The notes beneath the pieces are model-generated. The model was not told the origin of the DNA and made no database searches. It worked only from the letters and a program-made list of their open reading frames with translations. A program made the position numbers and the translations under genes. Source: Sphingobacteriaceae bacterium UBA6709 (lineage in GTDB: Bacteria > Bacteroidota > Bacteroidia > Sphingobacteriales > Sphingobacteriaceae). From it: 64,000 nt of DNA. Below are positions 38,667 through 50,100 of the stretch, in pieces (the stretch's first letter is position 1; each line of letters opens with the position of its first letter). Location of the stretch: the NCBI GenBank assembly GCA_002454425.1, contig DKIV01000043.1, positions 69,364-133,363 on the forward strand. Direction: 5' to 3'.

Positions 38667-40982
38667 ATGGCTCAGCATTACAAATTCCTAAAATCCCTGT
38701 TTCTGTTCTTTGTAATGACCCCGATAGCGCAGGCGCAGGTCATAGATCGCATTGATGATCCCGTTGACTATGTCAATCCGTTGATGGGCACCGCCTCGAA
38801 GCATTCCCTGTCAAACGGAAATACCTATCCGGCGGTGGCTCTGCCCTGGGGGATGAACTTCTGGACGCCCCAAACAGGAAAGATGGGCGACGGCTGGGCG
38901 TATACCTACGATGCCGACAAGATCCGCGGCTTTAAGCAAACACATCAGCCCTCGCCCTGGATGAACGATTACGGGCAGTTCTCCATCATGCCTGGCAGCG
39001 GCAAATTGCGCTTTCGCGATGATGAGCGCGCCAGTTGGTTCTCACATAAAGCTGAGCGCGCTACGCCATATTATTACAGCGTATACCTCGCAGATGTCGA
39101 CATTACGACCGAGCTCACGCCTACGGAGCGTGCCGCGCAGTTTCGCTTTACCTTTCCCGCGTCCGACAGCTCCTACATCGTCATCGATGGATTCGACAGC
39201 AAAAAGGGCGGCTCATGGGTAAAGGTTATTCCCGAACAAAACAAGATTGTCGGCTACTCTACGCGCTACTCATCAGGCAATCTGCCCAACTTTCGCAACT
39301 ACTTTGTAATATATATTGATAAGCCTTTCAGCGGTGTACATGGCTTTGATACAACCGCTCTGCTGCGTAACGTCAGCGAGGTTAAGTCGCGTCACGCGGG
39401 TGCCATCGTAAGCTTTAAAACCCGTAAGGGCGAGCAGGTGAGCATGAGGGTAGCTTCTTCTTTTATCAGTCTCGAGCAGGCGGAACTTAACCTGCGCCGG
39501 GAGTTAGGCAAGGATAGCTTTGATGTTACCCGCGATAAAGCGCGTGCTATCTGGAACAAACGCCTCAACGCCATACAAGTGGCGGGTGGAACTATAGACC
39601 AGATCCGCACCTTTTATTCTTGTCTCTATCGCACGCTCTTCTTTCCCCATAAGATGTACGAGCTTGATGAAGCAGGAAAGATCGTACATTACAGCCCCTA
39701 CAATGGCAAAGTGCTGCCGGGATATATGTTCGGCGGTACGGGTTTCTGGGATACCTTCCGCGCGCTTTATCCCTTCCTTAATCTGGTTTATCCATCAATA
39801 AATAAGGAGATGCAGCAGGGATTATTAAACGACTACAAGGAGGGGGGGTGGCTGCCGGAGTGGTCAAGTCCCGGATATGCCGACTGTATGATCGGCAACA
39901 ACTCTGCCTCTGTGGTTGCCGATGCCTATCTTAAGGGATTGCGTGGATATGATATCGAAACGCTATACGAAGCATTGCTACATGGTGCAAATAATGAAGG
40001 TCCTATGCCGTCTGTAGGTCGTAGGGGCGTTGAATATTATAACCGTCTTGGCTATGTGCCCTACGATGTGAAGATCAATGAGAATGCCGCCCGCACGCTG
40101 GAATATGCTTATGACGACTTCGCCATATATCGCCTCGGTAAAGCCCTCGGACGCCCTAAGGCTGAACTAGACCTTTATGCCGGGCGGTCGCAGAACTACA
40201 AGAAGCTTTTTGATCCCTCCTCCGGACTTATGCGCGGCAAGAACCTTGATGGCAGCTTCCAGTCGCATTTTAGTCCCTTTAAATGGGGCGATGCCTTTAC
40301 CGAAGGTAACAGCTGGCATTACTCCTGGTCGGTATTTCACGACATCCAGGGGCTCGTGGGACTGATGGGAGGGAAGCAGGCCTTCGTCACCAAACTCGAC
40401 TCTGTATTTAGCCTGCCGCCAGTATTTGACGATAGCTATTATGGTGGAACGATTCACGAGATCCGCGAAATGCAGATTGCCAATATGGGGCAATATGCTC
40501 ATGGCAATCAGCCTATTCAGCATATGATTTATCTATATAACTATGCCGGAGCGCCCTGGAAAACACAATATTGGGCGCGCGAAACGATGAATCGTATGTA
40601 TAAGGCCACGCCTGACGGCTACTGTGGCGATGAAGATAACGGCCAAACATCCGCATGGTATGTGTTCTCGGCCTTAGGGTTTTATCCGGTCACTCCCGCG
40701 GTGAATCAATACGTTGCCGGAGCTCCGCTATTCCGTAAGGTGACTGTAAACCTCGAAAACGGTAGAAAAATTCAAATCAACGCGCCAGGCAATTCCGATA
40801 AATCGCGTTATGTACAGCACCTGAAATTTAACGGAAAGCCTTACACGCATAACTGGTTCTCGCACGAGGGTCTGCTGCAGGGAGCAATATTGGATTACAC
40901 CATGGGGCAGCAGCCCGCAACAACACGGGGACTTGCAGATGCAGATCGCCCGTACTCATTCTCTCTTGACGAGAAGAAATAA
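38667..40982 (+). CDS. GH92 alpha-mannosidase
   Basis: Signal peptide, HGNQPIQHMIYLYNYAG and GDEDNGQTSAWYVFSALGFYP motifs. Confidence 0.9.
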   Translation: MAQHYKFLKSLFLFFVMTPIAQAQVIDRIDDPVDYVNPLMGTASKHSLSNGNTYPAVALPWGMNFWTPQTGKMGDGWAYTYDADKIRGFKQTHQPSPWMNDYGQFSIMPGSGKLRFRDDERASWFSHKAERATPYYYSVYLADVDITTELTPTERAAQFRFTFPASDSSYIVIDGFDSKKGGSWVKVIPEQNKIVGYSTRYSSGNLPNFRNYFVIYIDKPFSGVHGFDTTALLRNVSEVKSRHAGAIVSFKTRKGEQVSMRVASSFISLEQAELNLRRELGKDSFDVTRDKARAIWNKRLNAIQVAGGTIDQIRTFYSCLYRTLFFPHKMYELDEAGKIVHYSPYNGKVLPGYMFGGTGFWDTFRALYPFLNLVYPSINKEMQQGLLNDYKEGGWLPEWSSPGYADCMIGNNSASVVADAYLKGLRGYDIETLYEALLHGANNEGPMPSVGRRGVEYYNRLGYVPYDVKINENAARTLEYAYDDFAIYRLGKALGRPKAELDLYAGRSQNYKKLFDPSSGLMRGKNLDGSFQSHFSPFKWGDAFTEGNSWHYSWSVFHDIQGLVGLMGGKQAFVTKLDSVFSLPPVFDDSYYGGTIHEIREMQIANMGQYAHGNQPIQHMIYLYNYAGAPWKTQYWARETMNRMYKATPDGYCGDEDNGQTSAWYVFSALGFYPVTPAVNQYVAGAPLFRKVTVNLENGRKIQINAPGNSDKSRYVQHLKFNGKPYTHNWFSHEGLLQGAILDYTMGQQPATTRGLADADRPYSFSLDEKK

Positions 40983-41085
40983 TAAATCGGCGCGATTCAA
41001 ATCCGCGCCGATTCATACCGCTCTCTATACTGCCTTTTAGTAAAGAATAAAATTTACGTTGGCGCGCACGCATTCGTAAATAAAA

Positions 41086-41102
41086 TTTGCTAAAACGTTT
41101 TA
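41086..41102. promoter_or_regulatory. Candidate operator containing the perfect 12-nt palindrome TAAAACGTTTTA
   Basis: Palindrome at 41091-41102. The flank gives TTTGCTAAAACGTTTTA, related to the site at 36047. Confidence 0.45.
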
Positions 41103-41257
41103 AAATTCTTAACTATGTCCTAATAATAAAGCATTATTGCCGGGAGGTAATTGTAAGAGTTGTTTTATTAGGATTAGATGATGGCAGACCGGCGGCTCCT
41201 CGTCGCCGGCACTCTGCCGATTAATTAATTTTCGACACCTATTATTGATATCCCAAC

Positions 41258-42118
41258 ATGCTAATTGCCGGAGTAGACATCGGAGGTTCTCACATAACCT
41301 CTGCTATCGTGAACGTTGATCTTGGAGAAATCCTACAGGAAACATTGGTACGTCAAACGATCGATTCACATGCCCCCGCGGCGCACATTCTCGAGCAGTG
41401 GGCATCCGCTATAAAGGAGAGTTTAGCTCAAGCCGGAATACGCGATTCCAGCGTCGGCATTGCTATGCCGGGTCCTTTGGATTACGAGCAGGGAATATGT
41501 CTTATCAAAGGGCAGGATAAATATGAAGATCTTTATGGATTAAATATCAAGCAGATGCTTGCCGATGCTTTAAGCATTAGTCCGGAAAAGATAACGTTCA
41601 TAAACGATGCCTGCGCCTTTCTGCGCGGCGAAATCTCCGGCAACTTGCAGCAGCAATATCCTACAATTCTTGGTTTTACGCTAGGCACCGGGCTAGGGTC
41701 TGTATCATACAATGATGGAGTGATTGTTGATGCCGACCTATGGCGCATGCCCTTTCGCGAGAGCATCGCCGAAGAGTACCTGGCCACGCGATGGTTTACA
41801 CGTCGTTATGCCGAACTTAGCGGTTGCAGCATTCCCAATGTTCGGGATATGCTAAACACGCCCCTGTCGCCCGTCATCTTCAGTGAATTCAGTGAAAATC
41901 TATGTGCCGTAATTATCGAAGCTCTCAGGCGCTTTCCGTCTCAGGCCATCGTGCTGGGAGGTAACATCGCCAAGGCCTCGGAATATTTCCTTCCCGCTAC
42001 GCGAAATCTCCTGCAGGAGCAAGGTTACGATGTTCCCCTTTATATCGCGCGGTTCGGAGAATCCGCTGCGCTGATGGGAGCCGCCTACGCGGCGACAGCC
42101 TCGCGCGTCGACAAATAG
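41258..42118 (+). CDS. ROK-family sugar kinase
   Basis: N-terminal IAGVDIGGSHITSA and central FINDACAF ... GTGLG. No N-terminal HTH, so a kinase rather than a repressor. Confidence 0.8.
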   Translation: MLIAGVDIGGSHITSAIVNVDLGEILQETLVRQTIDSHAPAAHILEQWASAIKESLAQAGIRDSSVGIAMPGPLDYEQGICLIKGQDKYEDLYGLNIKQMLADALSISPEKITFINDACAFLRGEISGNLQQQYPTILGFTLGTGLGSVSYNDGVIVDADLWRMPFRESIAEEYLATRWFTRRYAELSGCSIPNVRDMLNTPLSPVIFSEFSENLCAVIIEALRRFPSQAIVLGGNIAKASEYFLPATRNLLQEQGYDVPLYIARFGESAALMGAAYAATASRVDK

Positions 42119-42203
42119 CAGACGCGCGGCAGCCTTTGCGGTTAAGGCCATTGCTACAGGTATTTACGGTACTGAACATGCAGAAAATCCTTATTTTTAT
42201 CAT

Positions 42204-44495
42204 ATGTTCAAACGCATCATCTTCCTTACGCTTATCTGCGGCAGGGCATTGCTCAGCACGCTAAACGCGCAGTCGCCCTCAGACCCCGCAAGATATGTCC
42301 GCCCGCTCATTGGCACGGCCAGAATGGGGCATACCTTTCCCGGAGCTACAGTACCTTTTGGGGCGGTACAGCTGAGTCCCGATACTGATACCATTCCTTA
42401 TTCCAGCGATGGGAAGTACAATAAGGACGTTTATAAATATTGCGCCGGCTACCAATACGCTGATCCTACGATCGTGGGGTTCAGCCACACCCACTTCAGC
42501 GGCACAGGGCATTCCGATTTGGGCGACTTTCTCCTGATGCCCGGCACGGGAGCTCTGCGGCTTAACCCCGGCACTGCCGATCGCCCGGGGTCGGGTTTCC
42601 GCTCGCGCTACGCTCATACCGAAGAGCTTGCGGAGCCCGCGTATTACCGGGTATTTCTTAGCGATGCCAAAGTATTGGCAGAGCTGACAGCCACCACACG
42701 CGCGGGCGTACACCGCTATACCTTCCGCGATACAACCAAAAGCCACATCATTCTCGACCTCATGCACGGCATTTACAACTATGACGATAAGAATGTATGG
42801 ACCTTCATCCGCGTTGAGAATGATAGCCTTGTTACCGGCTATCGCCAAACCAATGGTTGGGCACGTACGCGCACGGTGTACTTTGCCATGAAGTTCTCCC
42901 GCCCCTTTAAGGATTACGGCATGAAAGATTTTGACGGCAATAAGGTGTACCGTGGTTTCTGGCGTAAGTTTAATCAGGAGCGCAACTTCCCTGAACTTGC
43001 CGCTCGTCGCATGCGCATGTACTTCAATTTTGACACCCGCAACGATCAGCAGGTGGAAGTGAAGTTCGCCCTTTCGCCGGTAAGCACCGCGAATGCTTTA
43101 GAAAATATGAAGGCTGAAGCGCCCGGCTGGGATTTTGACGCCTTGCGTCGTGCCGGACGCGAAGCATGGAACCACGAGCTGCGCAAGATTCAGGTCGATG
43201 CTCTCAGCCAAGAACAGCTCATCAATTTTTACACCTCGATGTATCATGCCGCCTTAATGCCAACAACATATATGGACGTTAATGGCCAATACCGAGGCTT
43301 AGATCAGAACGTGCATCAGGCAAAAGGCTTTACCAACTATACCTCGTTTTCACTTTGGGACACCTTCCGTGCTTTTCATCCCTATCTCAACATCGTCAGT
43401 CCCTCGCGCAATGCCGATATGGTGCAGTCCATGCTCGCGCATTACGAGCAAAGCACCCTGAAGATGCTTCCCGTCTGGTCGCACTATGCTAACGAAAACT
43501 GGTGCATGAGCGGGTATCACAGTGTGTCTGTCATTGCTGACGCTATCATTAAAGGCGTTTACACCGGCGACCCGGGCAAAGCTCTTGACGCCTGCGTGCA
43601 GACCGCCCGCAACCGCTTCTATGATGGCTTAGGCGAGTATATCGATCGCGGATACATCTCCGCCGACAGGAACGGTACCTCTGTTTCTACCACGCTTGAG
43701 TACGCGTACGACGACTGGTGCATCGCCCAGCTGGCTAAAAAGCTGGGGCGTCAGGATCTCTACCGGGAGTTCTCAGGACGCTCCTCAAACTGGAAGAACG
43801 TCTACGACGCCCGCATAGGCTTTATGCGCCCCTGCATGGCAGACGGATCCTTCCGTACATTTTTTGATGTACTTAAGACTGACGGACAGGGCTTTATTGA
43901 AGGAAACGCATGGAACTTCAGTCTTTACGTTCCGCATGACCCCACGACGATGATCAGCATGATGGGAGGGAAGCGCCGCTTCGCCGCGCATCTCGATTCG
44001 CTCTTCACGATGCACCTGCCCGATGAGTTCTTCGCCGAAACCGAAGACATCACCCGCGATGGCATCATCGGCAATTATGTACACGGTAACGAGCCCTCGC
44101 ATCACGTCGCCTACCTGTACAATTATGCCGGACAGTCTCAAAAAACACAGGCGCGCGTGCGCATGATCCTTGACAAGCAATACCACAACGGTCCAGATGG
44201 TCTTGGCGGCAACGACGACTGCGGACAGATGAGTGCCTGGTATATATTCAGTAGTCTGGGTTTTTACCCTCTGGCACCCGCTTCCGATAGCTACAGTTTG
44301 GGTAGTCCCGCCCTGAAGCGCGCTGTCATTCATCTCGATAATGGAAAAACATTTACCGTCATCGCCAATAATCAGTCGCCCCGCAATGTTCATGTGCGTC
44401 AGGTTCGTCTTAACGGAAAACCCATTACCTCCATGATGATTAATCACGCTGACATCATTGCCGGCGGCACACTGGAATTTGATATGATGAAATAG
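42204..44495 (+). CDS. GH92 alpha-mannosidase
   Basis: Signal peptide, HGNEPSHHVAYLYNYAG and GNDDCGQMSAWYIFSSLGFYP motifs. Confidence 0.9.
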   Translation: MFKRIIFLTLICGRALLSTLNAQSPSDPARYVRPLIGTARMGHTFPGATVPFGAVQLSPDTDTIPYSSDGKYNKDVYKYCAGYQYADPTIVGFSHTHFSGTGHSDLGDFLLMPGTGALRLNPGTADRPGSGFRSRYAHTEELAEPAYYRVFLSDAKVLAELTATTRAGVHRYTFRDTTKSHIILDLMHGIYNYDDKNVWTFIRVENDSLVTGYRQTNGWARTRTVYFAMKFSRPFKDYGMKDFDGNKVYRGFWRKFNQERNFPELAARRMRMYFNFDTRNDQQVEVKFALSPVSTANALENMKAEAPGWDFDALRRAGREAWNHELRKIQVDALSQEQLINFYTSMYHAALMPTTYMDVNGQYRGLDQNVHQAKGFTNYTSFSLWDTFRAFHPYLNIVSPSRNADMVQSMLAHYEQSTLKMLPVWSHYANENWCMSGYHSVSVIADAIIKGVYTGDPGKALDACVQTARNRFYDGLGEYIDRGYISADRNGTSVSTTLEYAYDDWCIAQLAKKLGRQDLYREFSGRSSNWKNVYDARIGFMRPCMADGSFRTFFDVLKTDGQGFIEGNAWNFSLYVPHDPTTMISMMGGKRRFAAHLDSLFTMHLPDEFFAETEDITRDGIIGNYVHGNEPSHHVAYLYNYAGQSQKTQARVRMILDKQYHNGPDGLGGNDDCGQMSAWYIFSSLGFYPLAPASDSYSLGSPALKRAVIHLDNGKTFTVIANNQSPRNVHVRQVRLNGKPITSMMINHADIIAGGTLEFDMMK

Positions 44496-44503
44496 AACCT
44501 GCC

Positions 44504-44567
44504 AGCCTATTATCGCGCGGTGATTCCCCACGATAATAGGCTTAGTCAATTGTCAATGTTTTTTTTA
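44504..44567 (+). terminator. Hairpin plus distal T tract after GH92
   Basis: 12-bp stem AGCCTATTATCG (44504-44515) with CGATAATAGGCT (44531-44542). The T8 run starts about 17 nt later, so this is not a textbook terminator. Confidence 0.45.
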
Positions 44568-44577
44568 TTTTTGCTGC

Positions 44578-46551
44578 TTGCTAAATAATCATTGCGTGAA
44601 CAAGCATAAAGACATTCACAAATTATCTGCCGCCGGATTGCTTATCAGTCTCGGGATTATATATGGCGATATCGGGACCTCTCCGCTTTACGTATTTAAG
44701 GCCATTATTGGCGATCGCGAGATTACCTCCGACCTGATCCTCGGCGGCTTGTCCTGTATATTCTGGACATTAACCCTGCAAACCACCATCAAATATGTTA
44801 TCATCACCCTGCGTGCCGATAACAAAGGTGAAGGTGGGATTTTCTCCCTGTTCTCGCTGGTACGCCGACGCGCGCGCTGGCTCGCCATTCCCGCCATGAT
44901 TGGCGGCTGTGCCCTGCTAGCCGACGGCATCATCACGCCTCCTATTACGGTATCTTCCGCAATAGAAGGCCTTGGATTGAAATATCCGGGACTGCCTACG
45001 GTGCCCATAGTCGTGCTGATTATCACGACGCTCTTTGTTATTCAGCAGTTCGGCACCTCAACGGTAGGGAAGGCCTTCGGCCCGATCATGTTCCTCTGGT
45101 TTACCATGATGGGGGTGTTGGGTTTCAACTATGTACTTCAATATCCGGGCATCGTTAAGGCCCTGAATCCATACTACGCCATTCACCTGTTGTCCAGTTC
45201 TCCCGACGCCTTTATTATCTTAGGCGCGGTATTCCTCTGTACTACAGGAGCCGAGGCTTTATACTCTGACCTCGGTCATTGTGGTCGCGACAACATCCGT
45301 ATTTCATGGATCTACGTAAAAACATGTCTTATCCTTAACTACCTGGGACAGGCCGTATGGCTGTGGCAACGTCAGGGATTGGTATTGAATACCTCCGCCG
45401 GCGAAAATCCCTTCTACACCATTATGCCCGAGTGGTTCCTCATCTTCGGTATCGCTATCGCGACTATGGCGGCCGTTATTGCCTCTCAGGCACTTATCTC
45501 CGGCTCCTTTACTTTGATTTCCGAAGCTGTACGCCTTAATCTTTGGCCTAAGGTACGCATCGTTTACCCTTCCATACAGAAGGGACAATTGTATGTACCC
45601 TCAATGAACTGGCTGTTGCTGGCGGGATGTATCTCCGTGATGTTCATCTTCGGCGAATCGGCGCGCATGGAGGCCGCTTACGGCTTATCCATTACCGTAG
45701 CCATGTTGATGACCACCATCCTGGTATCGGTGTACCTCCACCGAATGAAGGTACCCGTATATATCATCGTGCTCTTCGCGGCCATTTACTGCGTTATTGA
45801 ACTTACGTTCTTTGCCGGCAACATGGCTAAATTTATGCATGGAGGCTGGTTTACGCTGCTCATCGGACTCATCCTCTTCTCTGTGATGTATGCCTGGGCC
45901 GCGGCACGACGCATCAAGAACAGGTATGTAAAGTTCGTAGAGATCGAGGACTACTATAATGTCATCTCTGAGCTGAGCGACGACGCTACCATCTCTAAGT
46001 ATGCCTCTCAGTTGGTATATCTCACCTCCGCAAATTTCAAGTCCGAAATAGAATCCAAGATCATGTATTCCATCCTGCAAAAGCAGCCTAAGCGTGCCGA
46101 TGTTTATTGGCTGGTGCATGTGGATGTTACTGATGAGCCATATACAAGGGAATATAAGGTAGACTTCCTGGTACCGGGAAAGCTGATACGTGTGGATTTC
46201 CGCCTGGGCTTCCGCGTTGAGCAACGCATAAACCTGCTCTTCCGCATGGTGGTTGAAGAACTCGTGCGTAAAGGGGAGGTTGATATTACAAGTCGCTACC
46301 CATCGCTTAACAAGCATAAGATCGTGGGCGACTTTAAGTTTGTCGTGCTGGAGAAAGTCCTCTCACGCTCAAATAAGTTAAGCTTCCGCGACCGCTCAAT
46401 CATGGCGTATTACTTTATCCTCAAACGCTTTGGCCTCTCCGAGGAGCGTGGCTTTGGGCTCGACCTAAGCTTCGTTGCCGTAGAGCAGGTTCCGCTGATT
46501 ATCTCCACCACGGAGGATATTAGCCTGACACGTGTGCAGGATTCCTATTAG
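44578..46551 (+). CDS. kup: KUP-family potassium transporter
   Basis: LGIIYGDIGTSPLYV hallmark, 12 TM helices and a cytoplasmic C-terminal domain. Start uncertain: TTG 44578 or in-frame GTG 44596. Confidence 0.92.
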   Translation: MLNNHCVNKHKDIHKLSAAGLLISLGIIYGDIGTSPLYVFKAIIGDREITSDLILGGLSCIFWTLTLQTTIKYVIITLRADNKGEGGIFSLFSLVRRRARWLAIPAMIGGCALLADGIITPPITVSSAIEGLGLKYPGLPTVPIVVLIITTLFVIQQFGTSTVGKAFGPIMFLWFTMMGVLGFNYVLQYPGIVKALNPYYAIHLLSSSPDAFIILGAVFLCTTGAEALYSDLGHCGRDNIRISWIYVKTCLILNYLGQAVWLWQRQGLVLNTSAGENPFYTIMPEWFLIFGIAIATMAAVIASQALISGSFTLISEAVRLNLWPKVRIVYPSIQKGQLYVPSMNWLLLAGCISVMFIFGESARMEAAYGLSITVAMLMTTILVSVYLHRMKVPVYIIVLFAAIYCVIELTFFAGNMAKFMHGGWFTLLIGLILFSVMYAWAAARRIKNRYVKFVEIEDYYNVISELSDDATISKYASQLVYLTSANFKSEIESKIMYSILQKQPKRADVYWLVHVDVTDEPYTREYKVDFLVPGKLIRVDFRLGFRVEQRINLLFRMVVEELVRKGEVDITSRYPSLNKHKIVGDFKFVVLEKVLSRSNKLSFRDRSIMAYYFILKRFGLSEERGFGLDLSFVAVEQVPLIISTTEDISLTRVQDSY

Positions 46552-46595
46552 GGAAACTAGCGTATCTTATTACTCATAATCGTTTAACGCCCGAT

Positions 46596-46641
46596 AAAAA
46601 GGCGTATGAATCAGTATCGCTGATTCATACGCCTTTTTTTG
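46596..46641 (+). terminator. Intrinsic terminator after kup
   Basis: 14-bp stem GGCGTATGAATCAG (46601-46614) with CTGATTCATACGCC (46620-46633). A5 upstream and T7 downstream. Confidence 0.85.
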
Positions 46642-47103
46642 TGAATTGGAAATCCGCTTTCAATGGCCTGCAAAGCATAATACCTTTTGCAGCTATTCAA
46701 TGGGTAGGGCATATGTTTTACTAATCAATTAGGAAAGTTTATAAAACGCCAAGTGGTGATCGTATCTGCGAAGTCAGCCGCAAGAAGCTCGTCGATATAA
46801 AACTCCGTAAAGTCATTTTAGTAACCTGTACCACATCTCATCCGGAAGTATGCGTTCCCTCTTGTTGGTTTTTCTTTAATTAATGAGGTTTAGGTGTGGT
46901 AAACTTTTGGCGTTTCTTGTTCGGCGGTGTTGTAAACATTTGTTTATATTAAAAACGCTTGTTTTTTGTGTTTTATTTTCATTTGTGATCTCTTTTTTAA
47001 GTATTTGATGGCTAAATAACATCGTAATGATTTGGTAACACAGGCTTAAACTATGGAATTTAAGTTTGTAACTGTTTAGTTTAATAAAACATTTACCACA
47101 TTT

Positions 47104-50100
47104 ATGAAAAATCATTACAAGTCATTAGCACTTGTTCTATGCATGCTGCTCTTCAGTTTGTATAGTATGGCCCAGCAACTGGTGCAGGGAATTGTGCGCG
47201 ATAATCAGGGGCAGACCATCCCTGGTGTCTCAGTAAAAATTAAAGGCACCACCATGGGTGTCATGTCCGACAACAACGGGCGCTTTAGCATCAATGCTAA
47301 TTCCGGACAGACAATTGTCGTTTCCGCGATCGGCTACCAAAGCCGCGAATTCAATGTAGGCAATTCCAAAGTCCTTAACGTAAGTCTTGTGGCAACATCC
47401 AGCGACCTCAACGAGGTGGTAGTTGTAGGTTACGGAACACAAAAAAAAGCGCATCTCAGCGGCGCTGTACAGCAGATCGGCGGGCAAACCCTCGAAGATC
47501 GCCCGATCAACAACATCAATACCGGAATGCAGGGGGTGATGGCCAACCTGAATATCTTTCCCGCAAGCGGACGCGCTACCGATGCTCCGGGAATTAATAT
47601 TCGTGGCTATACATCCCTAAATGGTGGCAGTGCCTTCATTCTCGTTGATAACGTTCCCGTAAGCAGCGGTGAATTGGCACTTCTTAATCCCGCGGATATC
47701 GAAAGTGTTACCATCCTTAAAGACGCCGCTTCCGCAGCCATCTACGGTGCGCGCGCCTCTTACGGGGTGATGCTTGTGACCACGAAGAAAGCCAAGAGCG
47801 ACAAAGTGCTTGTATCGTTCGATGCGAACACAGCTATTCGTACCATAGGCAAGATGCCTAAGCTGGTAACCGATCCCCTTACAGTAATGCAGATGAAGGC
47901 TGATGCCGCGCGTCCGCTCTACAACCTGTATCCGCAGGCGGAACGTGATTATGCTGAAAAGCTTGCCGCTGACCCAAGTCTTCCCAATACTATTGTCAAT
48001 CCTACCAATCCCGATGCGTGGTCCTATTATGGTTCCACAAACTGGCTGGAGGAAGTATACCGTAACTCAGCTCCCACTTATACCGGAAATATCAACATCT
48101 CACAAAAGACCGATCGCCTTTCCTATATGGCCAGCGGCGGATATTACCGTCAGAATGGTATGTTGAAATACGGCAATGATAAACTCGATCGCTATAACTT
48201 CCGCGGTAACGCTACCTATCAGCTTACCAAGCGCTGGAGCGCGGGAACCAATCTTTCCTTCATTAAGCGAGATTATGAAGCGCCGCCATTTGTGGATGGT
48301 AACTTGTTCTGGAATGTTAACAGACAGGCGAGCTTAAGCGTTCCCCGTAACCCTGACGGCACATGGACCTCTGCCGGGGCCGGAGTGTTGGGTATCTTGC
48401 AGGAAGGTGGCCGTAGTAAAAACGCCTACAATCAGACGCAGGTATCATTCAACACGAAGGTTGACCTGATAAAAGATATATGGTCAGTAAGTGGCGACGC
48501 GAGTTTCCGCTTCACCAACAGCGGTACCGATACCTATAATCTGCCGGTATTGTATCGCACCGGACCCAATCAGCCCCTGGCAACATTCTTTGACGCCTCG
48601 GTAGGTTCCAACAGCTTTGCCAATGTTGGTAACAGTCAGCCTACCTATAAGGTATATAACCTCTACTCTAACTTCCAGAAAACTTTCGCTCAGAAACACA
48701 GTCTCCAGGCTATCGTCGGAGTTAACCGTGAGTTAAGCACCTCCGACAGCTACAGCGTACGCCGTCTGGGACTTATCAGTGCCGATCTTCCCGAAATAGG
48801 CCTCGCCACAGGCGACATTACTACCAGTCGCAGTAAAAGTGAGGTGGCGCTTATGGGTTTCTTCGGACGCCTGAACTATACCTTCGACGATAAATATATC
48901 GTTGAATTTAACGGTCGCTACGATGGTACCTCACGCTACCCTAAGGGCGATCGCTGGGGATTCTTCCCATCTGTATCCGGCGCCTGGGTGTTGTCTAACG
49001 AAAACTTCCTTGCTAATGTCAAGGAATCTATCGGTATGAACAGCTTCAAGATCCGCGGATCATATGGCGAGCTCGGAAATCAGACCAACGACTCTGCTTA
49101 TCCATTTGTTCCGACGATGTCATCAGGCGCTACCGGAATCATCATTGATGGTAAGAAGCCCGTATTAGTAAACAATCCGGGAGTGGTAGCGCCCTCAATT
49201 ACCTGGGAAACGGTGCGTAAGCTGAACGGAGGGGTAGATATGGAGTTCTTTAAGAATCGTTTCGATCTTTCTTTTGATGTGTATCGTCAGAATACAGAAG
49301 GTATGCTCGGCCCATCGCAGGTGCTGCCCGGCGTATTCGGTACCAGCGCTCCTTATACGAACGCCGCGGACCTGAAGACCCTGGGATTTGAGCTTTCCTT
49401 TGGATGGAAGGATCGCTTCAATCTTGCTGGTTCGCCTTTTGATTGGTCGGCACGTGTAAATATTGCCGATAACCGCGCCTTCATTACCAGGTATGACAAC
49501 CCTACGGGAGTATTGTCTAGTTACTATAATGGTATGCGCATCGGCGAAATCTGGGGCTTAACCACTGAAGGGTTCTTCGCCTCTGATGACGAAGCTGCTA
49601 ACTGGGCCGATCAGTCTGCCGTAGGAACCTCCTATCATAATTATGACTTCTTTGCCGGTGATCTTAAGTTTAAAGACCTGAATGGAGATGGTAAAGTAGA
49701 TAATGGCGATAACACCGTGACCAACCCCGGCGACCGTCGCATTATCGGAAACTCCGCAAGTCGCCTGCCTTACAGCATCGACCTGAATGCCGCATGGAAG
49801 GGTTTTGACCTTCGTGCCTTCTTCCAGGGTATCGGCAAACGCGACTACTATGCCGGTGGTGCCGATATTTATTTCTGGGGAATCTACGCGCAGCCATGGA
49901 CTAATATTACGGAGAAGAATATGGATCACTGGACGCCGGAAAATCCAAACGCGTATTTCCCGCGCGTAAAGTCCTACACGGCCGAAACCGGCTCCAGTGA
50001 GCTTAGCCGCGCGCAGACACGCTACCTGCAGGATGCCTCCTACCTGCGCCTGAAAAACCTGACGCTGGGTTACACCTTGCCGGGTACCCTGCTTAAGCGC

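Noticed and set aside
42279-44549. Long antisense ORFs inside the second GH92 gene (189 aa at 42279-42848 and 254 aa at 43785-44549).
   Set aside because: They lie entirely opposite a strongly supported GH92 CDS in a GC-rich region where stop codons are rare. The translations are low-complexity (Gly/Ala/Val/His-rich) with no motif. These are classic shadow ORFs.
45685-46317. 210-aa antisense ORF inside kup.
   Set aside because: It lies opposite a full-length KUP transporter with hallmark motifs. It has no recognisable domain and is a shadow ORF.
46876-47115. 79-aa minus-strand ORF overlapping the susC start.
   Set aside because: It lies in the AT-rich susC promoter region, has a Lys/Asn/Ile-rich composition, and overlaps the susC ATG. 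Spurious.
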